DNA from: Kudoa neothunni
Lineage: Eukaryota > Animalia > Cnidaria
Direction: 5' to 3'
Assembly (NCBI GenBank): GCA_964304625.1
Contig: OZ199838.1
Span: forward strand, 15,179,650 to 15,243,649
DNA length: 64,000 bases
Shown: piece after piece, positions 14,481 through 26,196 of the stretch
How positions within the stretch are numbered: position 1 is the stretch's first letter
Layout of the letters: every line of letters starts with the position of its first letter
Made by a program: the position numbers and the translations under genes
Notes under the pieces: generated by a model
What the model was told of the DNA's origin: nothing
Seen by the model: only the letters and a program-made list of their open reading frames with translations
Database searches by the model: none

Positions 14481-14779
14481 AAAGAGGAAATAAAAAACTT
14501 TCATCATTTCGATAATATTTTTTACAAATTCTACCAACAATAAATCTAATATTTGTTGTTTATTACATTTTGTTAGAAAACAATCACTGCAAAGCTTCAA
14601 ATGTAACAGTTTTTGTACAATACAATTGGTTTAGTGTGACGTAAGAATGGTTTCTCAGGCAGGAATGCAGCGAAGTATTCCGTGTCAATGGACCCATTGA
14701 TATTTTACGGGGTTACGCGTGCGCGTGTATATATATGCTAGCACACCAATGAATCTCTGATCACGTGCTCACGGGCGGT

Positions 14780-15423
14780 ATGGATCTCACGGTACGCTGC
14801 TGTTTTTTGGTCTTTTTCTTTGTAGTCGCATCCACAAATAATAACGTTGAAAATGAATCGACTAATCATAATGAAGACTTTAACGATAAATTCAATCAAT
14901 TCAGTGCACTTTTACTACAGGCATACAACGATGGTCTAATAACCCTTCAACAATATTATCACATGTAAGATTGTTGCTTTTGTAGGACGTTTTATATTGT
15001 GTCGTAGTGCGTACAAAAGTGTGGAACCCACAGTTGCCAAAACTCGAGGTAGAATCTACTTCTAATTATTGTTGGTTACTGTACAGCTAACATATCGCTT
15101 CTTTAGACCAAATGTACGATGCTAGTGAAAAATTGAAACCCTACTTGGGCAATGCCACCCACGAATTGAGTCTACTGCTTTCTAATGGTTATGAGGTTAT
15201 GATGGAAAAAGTGGCTACACTTGAAAAGTCAGAGTTTTACAAGCAGGCCACCAATTTGGATACCTACAAAAATTTTAGTAAACAAGCCACAGAGCTAACC
15301 AAACAATGGTACAATTATATCTATTATTTGAGTTTGGAATTGGCCGATCAATTGTTTGATACCGTCAACACAGGCGTCGATAAAATTAAATCCACTTTCG
15401 ATAAACAAGTCGACGAATTATAA
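14780..15423 (+). CDS. Uncharacterised secretory-pathway protein, 180 aa, with signal peptide and C-terminal VDEL
   Basis: Exons 14780-14964, 15008-15048 and 15107-15423 join in phase (intron 2 has a CTAAC branch point); N-terminus MDLTVRCCFLVFFFVVAST; helical-looking body; ends ...DKQVDEL*. Confidence 0.75.
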
Positions 15424-15862
15424 ACAGCTACGTTAATTATATATAATATGTGTGTTACTATTTAGTCTTGATTTAGCGTATTTTTTGTGCTAGTTATAAT
15501 TAATCGTGTGCTTTCATTTTTGTCCATTAATTCGATTGTTTTTAATGTCATATTATTTTTGTGTGTATATTTTAAATATTTTATTCATGGGGATCCAATA
15601 ATTTATCTATTTTCCATTCACAAATTGTTTACGTTTTTTGCCGACTATATATAGAGGGAAATATTGACGTTTTAATAACTTTAAGAATAATGACTCTAAC
15701 CATAATTACTCGGAATTAACACGAATCTACCTTAAATATATTGCCAAATTGCACAATACCTTCACAATATTAGGAGGAGATATTCTATGGATAACAAAAC
15801 AATATTGATAGTTATAGACAGGCAAGCTCTTAAAGTCTGACAGACTTTTATAATTCGGTGTA

Positions 15863-16260
15863 CAGTGCAACCTCGGACTTCGACCATAGTCCATTCTACA
15901 GGTGTATTTGAATTCTGAATAATTTTTTTCACTGCAAATATAATTAAAATTAATTTAATGCGTTGTGGCGCATCAAATAAATGACTTTTTTTTATTATTA
16001 TTTATGAAAAAACATTCGTACCCTGTGTTTATAAAATATACCAAATAAATATTAAATATAATAATAATGGAATATAGGATAAATATGTTTTGGTTGTCAC
16101 CCAATAGATAATAAGAGTTTCTCTTTCGATGACGTTCGCACAGTTTGATTGAACGACTTTTCTCCTAGAATTTCTTTTCTTCTGTGTCTTTAACACTAAC
16201 TGGATTTGTTCTGAATATCCATTCTATGTGCTCGAATTCAAAAGTGTTTCTGAGTCAAAA
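15863..16260. mobile_element. Tigger/pogo-type MITE (uninterrupted copy)
   Basis: TA|CAGTGCAACCTCG...CGACCATAGTCC start; alignable along its length with 51849-52029 plus 54070-54106 plus 54234-54390. Right boundary approximate. Confidence 0.7.
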
Positions 16261-17394
16261 TTTTGGAAGGAAACACTAACGAAATTTCCTCTTTCGTATA
16301 ATGTAGAAACAAAACATGAACGGACTTTCGTTCATAGGTTACGTATGGGACGATTCAATTTTTAGGATATGTCGAAAATATATATTATTAATAAATCAAT
16401 CCTCAAGAGAACATCAACGAATAATTTACGTTATTTACATTACGAGGCTGAATCTTTAATAGTTTTTTCTATTTCAAATTATATATCATATTCGAATTGT
16501 TCTATTTGGTTCTGAAACTTATTAATCCTGATATAATAATTTCTAAGAATTGTGAACGTGGCGAAAAAGCGTAATGTGTTATATCACATGATGGGAAACT
16601 TCCAGTGCTTGATACTACATGATTAATATCATGGGTTGATAAATGGTTAATTAGTACGAGTTTACAATTAAAAATGTTCTAATTGTGCTTTTATCTAATT
16701 TACAAACAATAAAAATAAAATTACATCAGAGTTCATTCTAATATTAATCTAAATATGATTCTGCAATATAATTCATCATTATATTAAATGTCGATCGTCA
16801 TTCTCAGATTTATATCTCAAAGGTCTTTTGCATTGTAAGGAAACAAACAAAGTCAATTGTCTATTCGAGAGGTCGCGTCTTCATTTTTAGTAAATATAGA
16901 TTAAAAATTGTCCCATTCGTTTAGCCTAACGTTGGACTTTTATATGAGTAAAGATTGTAATTGTAAACATTTTTTAAATCGTCAATATTCCAGGAAGACA
17001 TCTCAAATAGGGGTTTAAAAATGCGAAGTATCGCATAGTCTCGGTACTCAAAAAAGTAAAAAATAAACCGAAATTTCGAAACTGATAGACTCATTGGAAT
17101 TTTTAATGGTTATTTAACACGGCGTACAACTACATCTACCACATATAACTTGGCGCGATTATCTCAGAATAGCCAAATGGGAATATTTTGAATATAAAAA
17201 TCTGTTAAAAATATTTGAAAAGTACATTAATTCTTTCAATTAACCCATAAAAATGTATATTTATAGATTACATATTATAAAATAGTAGACTTTAAAATTA
17301 TAGCCCCAAAACAGCACACACTCTCATTGTGTTAAATAATAAGACAGAAGTGTTATTGTAGACAATCAATAAGAAATGATAATTGGCAGAATGT

Positions 17395-17953
17395 TTAGAC
17401 GCCTTTAGACTCTGATATATAACTTGCGATATCAGCCAACGTGTGAAATTGATCGAGTGAATCGTCCGTCAAATTCTAATCCTATCAAAGACATTAAATT
17501 CAAATTATAACACGTGCGCCATTACCAAAATATTCCTCGGAAATAGCCAATATTTCCATAATATCATAGCTATCAATACCATACTTGGAGAGATCGGTTT
17601 GTAGATCAATCTAGAAAATATATTTCCATACCAATGTTCAGTTTATTTAAAATTAAAGTTTTACCGTTAAATTTGATGACTTGAGCATATCACGGGTGAT
17701 AGTGATCAATTCTTGTTCAATCTTCTCTTTGGTGTAGTCAACCAATCCTTTAACAGACCTTTTATGCAGTATACCGTATGTCGTGACGGTAGATGTGACT
17801 TTTTGATTTGAAATGGCATTCCGGGGAAAAGTCAACAATGTTCTGGTTGAACATTTTGCTATAGATCTAAGGTTTAAATTTAACGTGAGAAACTATTTCA
17901 ATAAATTACGGATACAGAGCAGTAGTCACACAAGCAAACATACGTGATTTCAT
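17395..17953 (-). CDS. NDUFAB1: Mitochondrial acyl carrier protein (NDUFAB1-like), 4 exons, apparent +1 frameshift in last exon
   Basis: Exons 17953-17910, 17866-17665, 17610-17526 and 17481-17395; Arg/Ser/Thr-rich transit-like N-terminus; DLSKYGIDSYDIMEILAISEEYFG (phosphopantetheine GxDS) then ..DDSLDQFHTLADIASYISE. Confidence 0.85.
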
Positions 17954-19138
17954 TCTTGTCGTAACACGTGACTACCCCTAACAGAGATTAAACGGCATTA
18001 ACTCCAGTTTTTTCTATTTATGACGTTTTGATACTGAATAGTGATATGTGCAATTTTGTTATTTTATTTTGGAGATGATATAAAACTTTGGATGTCAGTT
18101 GCGCCAAAATTACGACGAACTTTTGAATTAAAAAAATTTAAACTGTGTTAGTTTAACTTATCTTTTTTAAATGGAAAATCCCTTTCCACAACATAACCAA
18201 GTGTGTATTTTATAAAGATTACTTCGATAAATACTACTTTATCAGAGAAATAATTTAGATTAATTATAATTTGACCCAAAGCATTTCCCTCATTTATATG
18301 GCAGAATGAAAGTTAAATAAAAATACCTGAAATTATTTAACTTCACCAATTGTAATCAAACTACTTTTTGTGCACTTATATTATTTTAAATGTATGTAGA
18401 TACGAAATTATAAATTATCTTGATTTTTACTAGCAAACGCATCAATTTATAGTTAAATTACAGTATTGGTTATTTAATAAATTCATAAGATCATATAATT
18501 AAAATTATTATTATATAATACATTTAGCAAAAAATAAAATAATAAGGAGTTTCACGTAGTTGTAATATTTGCCATATAATTATCTCATAAAAAAATACTG
18601 GAGATGAACTATATATTTTCAAATATATATAATAACGACTAAGTGCATATTATTTTAAACTCATTATTAATAAATTAAAGTTTTTATTACGTTTACTTCT
18701 TTATTTTTAGCGGTAAACTAAAATTAATTATATGTGTTTAGAATGGCGCGATTATTCTGACCGGGTCTTATGTATTTAAATATATTTGCATCAATGTTAG
18801 GTAACTGTAATCATGTTTGCATCGCTTAAGAATGAATGAGTTAAATTCATGTTTGATTTTAATTCAAATTTAAATAACTCTAATAAAGTAGAATTTATAA
18901 AATGGGAAAAATGGAATTTTTGTTAAGAATGCCTTATAACGGTTTATTATTTTACCTACTAATTGCGAACAATTTATTCTATCTAAATTTATTTTATCCC
19001 TGTTATTTTTCAATTTAAATATAATTTGAGCTAAAAGTTTCTGCCGAAATTGTAGCTTATTACACTTTCATTACAATTCATCCATAATAAGCACAATTTC
19101 ATCAAGTTTATTTCCAAGTAATCTTTTTGTTAAGTTAA

Positions 19139-21287
19139 CCTTCCAAGCGCCTGAAAATCGACTTTACACATTCATTCTTTTGGAGACCAATGGACCCCAC
19201 ATTTTTTAGCTTGAATTATGGGGAAAAATGTATAAAGTAATTTAATAAAGTACGAGAGAAAACTATCGATAAAATATTGAAAAATGAAAAATGTTACAAT
19301 TATACTACTGTCGGAAGTTAACGATCATCGCCGAAACACTTAAAAGGTTAAATTGGGCATCAAATTAAACGAGTTTAACTTTTTTTAAATCTAATTGAGG
19401 TTATTAAAAATATATATTATCACACATAAAGAAATCTAAAAAATAGTTTGCTTCTTGCTTAATTTCTCAATAATCACGCCCAATATTAACCGCCATACAT
19501 ATCGCTTCAAAATAGACAAAATGCATATATTTATATTATTTTAGTTTTTAATATTACAAAATATCACGAAAACAACCTTTGAGCTGCTTTAATTACAGTT
19601 GGCTCTACAAACAAAACAAAAAAGTCCTTGCTTTTCTGTCTCGAGAACTCGAACAATAACAACATCGATCGTGACATAGAAATTCTGTTATGCAATTATA
19701 ATGTTTATCAACGAGATTTTTGTTTCTCTGAACACAATCTTTCACCAAATCATCTTCAAGCTCCTCTAGAAACTTAACTCTTGAACAACTGATATCATTG
19801 AAAACAATCTTTAAAGATAAAATGATTTCACCATGCTAATACCAACCAGAATGAAGAATACAGTTGTCGACCATCGATTCATTTACTTATAAATTCGTTG
19901 TAGCAATAATATGATCCACTATTTCCACCCCTCCTTTATAACGATTATTTTCCAGGATAACAACAGGTTTTTTCAGCCTGTATCTTCAACATTTGTAATG
20001 AAACAGAGGCTGTTAGTAGTAAAACTGCTTTGCCTTTTGTATAAACATAAAAGATTACTATTAATTTTTGATTAAACAAAAGTGTACTGAAAGTTCCCAT
20101 TTTGGATTCTTTTTTATGTAATTTGTAATATCCCTTATATTATTTCGGATTTTTCCAGTCATTCCCCGTGAGAGTTTTTGGGCAATGGAAACAGAAGTAA
20201 AGAAATAATCATAGATGATATTTCTTCCAATTTCCACTACTGATGACACAAGATCTAGAACAATATCTTCAAGACATTTTTTGACGTTTCATTATTGTTT
20301 TCATCCAAATACACAGACACAGAAAAGTTATGAGTGTAATTGGGCTCTGGATTGGTAAGGAGAGAATACTTAATTCGGTATATCGCCGACTTGGACGGCA
20401 TATATTAACAGAAGGGAAAATTTCCTCAAAAGAAAAAAGCCGCCCATCAATTGCCAAGCTCTCCTGGGGGGGGGGGGGGCAAGAAAGTACGAAGCGACAA
20501 TCTTTCCAACCCTCAAAAATATCATAAATGGGCAGAACTTTACCTATGATTCTTCGAGTTTCTCTGGTTATGAAATCTTCGTAATGAATAGCTCTAGAAA
20601 TTTGAATAAACCTGTTTAATGGCATAATATTTCAAAATACCCCCTCGCTTTCCAACACTCCAAAGTAATTTGAGTCATTCTAATTTAGATTTAAAAATGA
20701 GAATACAATTGTGGATTCCCAGTGAAGATAATATACCTTGTCATGACCAGCCTTCAAATAATTTGGATAATTACAATCGGAAAACGTGTTAATGTTTGAA
20801 ATAACAGTTGAGAAAATAGATTAACCACAAAATACGAGGAATGATCGGCTAAGACGGCGATTCTGTTTGAAATATAAGAAATTGAACCTGGATACTTTGA
20901 AAAATATTTCGTTTAAAGCTTTTAGTAATTTGAGGTTTCTCAGAAAACCAATTAACATCATCCTTATCTTCGTAAATGTTTCGATATCATTTATTAGCTT
21001 CAAAAATATTAGAATGACATAAATAACCAAACTATCAAAAAATATCTTAAAATTCATTGATATCGGGTTCAAATTCATTCAAAATATTACACTCAGAACC
21101 ACTTATGGCAGCGTTTTACTCATCGATAATGATCGAAATTAAACTTATGCGTGGATTTTTCAATTTTTTTCTCTTTCCTCTCGATAAAATTTTATTTAAT
21201 TCTCAAAATTGTTTTAAAATATTTTTCTTTATTGTTTTATAGAAAAAAAACCTTGGGTCAATTGGACCCCAAAGACGCTCCTGACGG
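19139..21287 (-). mobile_element. piggyBac element, heavily decayed
   Basis: TTAA 19135-19138 and 21288-21291; CCTTCCAAGCG start; GGGTC-N5-GACCCC near the right end; transposase relics (RFIQISRAIHYED..LAIDGRLFSF; GRNIIYDYFFTSV). Confidence 0.9.
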
Positions 21288-21806
21288 TTAAAAAGGATTC
21301 ATAAAAATGTTTCGGTTGAATAAAATTTAGTAGAAAATAAGCTGCGAAAACATAAATTAACAATAATGGTTTTGTGCGTTAATCATTGGTGAATTATCTG
21401 CATAATTATAAAAATTTAACGTGCAATGAATTATGATGGATCCTCACACCCTTTTTAATAGAAGTAGTGATTTATTATTAATGTATTTCAAAGTATATAA
21501 TCTTAAAAAATAAAAAAATTTCAAGTTTAAGTGGAAAAATCTTTAGAAAGTTGAAGTAAAAAAATTTATTCATATTTTATATTGCTTGATAACATTGTTC
21601 ATCAAAATATAAAAAAACTTGTAGCGATAAATAGTATTAGCATATATAAAGACACAGAAAACACATTGAAATTTGTTGCGTTATCAATAATAACCTTCAA
21701 ATTTCACAAAAACTAACTAAAATTAATAAAACTCTCGAATCCTTTTCATTAAAAATTATTTTTTATCATCACAAAAACATATAAGGATATAAAAACATTT
21801 AAATGA

Positions 21807-22237
21807 CCATGTTACCTCGAAAATAAGACCTAATAATTTTCTCGAGCTAATGTTTAGTATAAGACCTAATTATATACTTATAACTTTGATATTCCGAATT
21901 ATATAACAAAATAATTTTATCGGATAACTAATAATAATAAAAATATAAAATAATAATTAAACATGCCAATTTTTGGATTTTACTGCCATTTTATCTTCAT
22001 TTATAGATAAACAAAAATATTTATCAAATTATATTGTCCACGTCTTATTTCACCGTATAAAAATATTATTTTGTCCATCTGAAAAAATGTATTATTTTAA
22101 TTCAGTCATGTGGACTAAATAATGTATAGGAAACCAGGACTGTTCCAAATATAAGACAAACCCCGAAAATAGGACTTGACGCCCCTTATTAAATCTTCAA
22201 AAATATAATACCTGTCTTATATTCACAGGGAACATGG
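21807..22237. mobile_element. pogo-type MITE
   Basis: Imperfect TIR CCATGTTACCTCGAAAATAAGAC vs reverse complement CCATGTTCCCTGTGAATATAAGAC; internal ATAAGAC repeats; TA on the right, GA on the left. Confidence 0.7.
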
Positions 22238-22920
22238 TATTATTAATTCTTCTGTAATCTTATCAAAACATATGTAAGAATAAAAAGTGGATTGGAAGTG
22301 ATCATGACAAATTTTACATAGCCAATCAAATATGCAACACGAACTTTGATAACCGATCAAAGTTTCTCATTTAAAATGGAATAAGATGTTTTACATTAAA
22401 ACTAATTTCCAGAATTAATTTGGAGTAACGATTTATGAGGGGACACAATACTTGAATGATCGTTATTTAAAGTATAATTCAGCAATAAAACGATTGACTA
22501 GAAATAAACATCATCACTATTTCAACTTCTTCTGCATAATACATAAATTGGTATACTTCCAACATTCATATTTACAAATCACCTTTTTATTGTGTACATA
22601 ATCTTTGCACCCTGCGATACGAAGATTAAATTTCGCTTTGTCGCTAATCTGTTCTTCCAAACCGTTAAACAGATCTGCGTTCATTTTGCATCTATTTTTA
22701 TCATATGAACAACAATATTAGTATAAAATTTAATAGGATTATGAAATACAAATTTTTTCGGCTTTAAAAATTGATACAACCATTATAATGGATTAGGGAT
22801 TTCCGGTAAAATGTGATTTTTTAAACCAAAGATTATATTTTCCCCCGAAGATTAGCGTGGGCGCAAATTCCACAAAGGATTATTATTTGCGATCCAATCC
22901 AGTTGTTTCAAGTAGGAATA

Positions 22921-25900
22921 ATGAGTTACTCAGGGAATAACAACGTTGATAGTACTGCAGACAATAAAACAAAGGTGAAGCTTTCTGTTCACTTTACTCG
23001 CCCTCTGATTATACTCTTGTAGGCGTCTAATATAACTGCCAACAATAATTCTCCAACAGATTCATCTGTAATGAATTCGAATAAGAATCCATTGGTATTA
23101 CACATATATGCATGTAGAAATTGAACAATCATATTTATTATGTCTATTTTTCACGTGTAGTCTCGAATTCAACTGCTTCAACAGCGTCTGTTGGAAAGCA
23201 ATACGCCAAAAGACCTTCATAATGATCGATCTAAACGAAATAAGGAGCTCGAAGAGTTGGCATCATATCGGTTAGTGAATTTTGACGAATGCTCCAGTGA
23301 AGTTAGCAAAAACGAAAATAAAACAACCGATTCATCAAATCTGGAACAATTGACAACCGAATTTCCTACTATTCCAAGCGATCTTATTAGTGTTGGTAGC
23401 AACAAGGAAAATACTGACCAAAGTTTGAACTGTGATGACACTGTGGTGAGTAGTGAATGGCGCGACGAAACTCTAGTTGAAACTCCGCACATGTCTCTTC
23501 ATAGGCCAGCTGAAAGTGAGATGCTATTCAGTCCTCCAGCAGAGGATTTTTATATGATTAACGATAACACGGGCGATTATAACAACGCCAATGATGTATC
23601 CATTGATCGAATTCACTCATTGGATCGTACAATGCAGTGTTTGGAAGAGTTGGATCTTTTGCCCAAATCTGACAAAACCAAAATTCAAGCACCAATAGTC
23701 ATTAGCAAAGTCACCGTCAATTCAGAACCTCCGTCACCTGGAAAAATGAATATCAGCAAAAGGGACTTTGAAAATGATAGCTTGTTTTGTTCGTCTATCG
23801 TTGATGTCAACAATAACGAAAGTTTTTCTCAAGTACCATCCTCGTCGCCTCAACCCTCAAACGAGAAGCGCAGAGGGCAACTTGTGAAAACCTCAACAAA
23901 ATTTTTACCGCCCTCATCGAGAAATCTCTTTTCTCGTATGTTTGTTTGGAGTTGTTTTTTTTAATTATGTTATTTTATCCAGCAACATCTAGCAAACCTC
24001 AAACAATTGACTATAATGACAGCTCGTTTACTCGTCACATGGTTACCAGCAAAAACTCTTCCCCACTTATTTCCACTCCATTGAACAACAAAGATGATAA
24101 TCACAACCTTAAATCCACCACAAAAACCTTTACTATTTTTAAGTCAGTTTTAACCGCCAATGATTGCGATCAGGTTGAACTAACAAAACCTATCGCCACC
24201 AATATTCCTAGCAGTTTCAATGATAGTGATAGTTACTGCAGTAAATATGAATCGCCTCAAATTGAAAGACGTAAAGAATACCACGTTAAACGTCGTTCAT
24301 TGAGTGCCACTCAAACTACCATTAGCAACACCGCCTTGTCTTCCAAAGTGAAACCAAATATTGGTTCTTCTGCGACCAACTTCAGCATTGGCTACAACCC
24401 TACATTGAATTCTTACGATCATCCAGATGATATCTCAAGAAATCTTTCTTTTTCTACCGTGGATTCCGCTTGTGCTTTGCATAATAGTGGGGTCAGAGAT
24501 ACTCTCGTCAAAAAGTATTATGCCGCTGCCAAAGTTCAACAACAAATCATCGTACAAAGCGAGAATGTCCTCAATCTTATTTGTGTCAAAGAAGGCAATA
24601 TTAACGATTCTGCTCGTCTTCCGTGTTGTTTGGATGCGGAAAGTCTTCTTCTACTTTCAAGTATGATGAAGCCTGTAGTTATGTGTTTTAGAAATTTTCC
24701 TTAGCGTATCGACGAAACTTATTTCTACACAAAGCGACAAAATTAAAGCGCGGTAATATACCCTGCAAGTGTGATCCTGAAAGCAATAAAATTGCATCTG
24801 TTTCAGTCTCCCTGTCAGGTACGTTATACGGAAATGTGCATCGCGCTGTTTTCTATAGTTGACATTTTTGATTCGAAATTGACCATTTATTTCTATAAAT
24901 AAGTTTAATTCAGTGTTCACGATTAAACATGAGCTTATTTATATAAAAGAGGGTTTGTATGTCTTAGAATTGCGGTTGTTTGAGTTATAAATTTCGTGCG
25001 TGTGCTATTAAGATTAAATTTCGATATGTCAGTCCAATAGAATTAGTTATTGGCGTGATAGAAAACGTTCATATACTTTTATTTATTATTATATTTATTA
25101 GCGTAATAAGTCATATTCAGTAATGATTATTAGACTAAAAGATCTAAGGAGAATATGTTGCTTTTCATCGATTTAATTTTTTGATGACTAAAAATATAAT
25201 TCTGAGAATTTCACGATTAAAAGCGTAAATAAATTAAAATATTTGTCAGTTTTCAATTCGATGGTGTCCAATGGTAATCTTTATTTGAAGGTTGGACTAT
25301 AACGAATCACTCTAATACGAATATACTTTGTGATTGGCTAAAATCAATTGGCCATGTTCAATTATAAAACTAAGCTGTGCCTGTAATCTTTGAATAAAAG
25401 TTGCGGGGATCAAAAATTGGCATTTGCACATCCATCTAAATACTTTAGATTAGATCTGTATTGGTTGATAGTGTCAGCTTTCGAATATAACAAAATTCTA
25501 GGAATTTTGTAAGAATTATTGTGTGAAGTTTTAATGGTGCAAGATTAAAAATTTATTAATTAGCTTAAAGTTATGTTTATACGGAAAATTACGATCAAAC
25601 CGTAGTTTTTTAACTTTCGAATGCCTAGAGGTGGCCAATCAGCGCTTATTATATCAATAACTTTTACAAAATATTTTATTTCTCTTTTTCCCTGTGAATA
25701 TTTTATAATGTAATGATGATTTTATGAATACTTAAATAATGGAGTTTTATGTTTAATGTTTGTGCGTGAAATCAAAAAAAGAAAAAAGTTACACACATAA
25801 CCTTAACATTCCCACCGTGACCACCAAATAAATATTAACGTTTAAATAGTTAAAATATATAAAGATGCTTTGAAGCGATGCATTTTTTTAAAATTCGTTT

Positions 25901-26165
25901 TTAGTTTCTATAACAACATGATTCTGTTAACCCATACGGGACTGACGGGGGTATCTTAGGTCCCCCTTGTGCACACGCGTAAGTTTTTCGAGCTCCGTCT
26001 TCCGAGGGTTAACTGACTTAATCTGGAATGTGAATCGCGCATATTGTAATAATTTTGTTAAAATACGTATAAACAAAAAAATAGTAATTTAAATATAGCT
26101 GTTTAAAGTTTAACTAGGACCATCTTATCGTAACTCAAAGATTCAAAATCTAAAAAACCTTAGCC

Positions 26166-26196
<31 letters not shown>

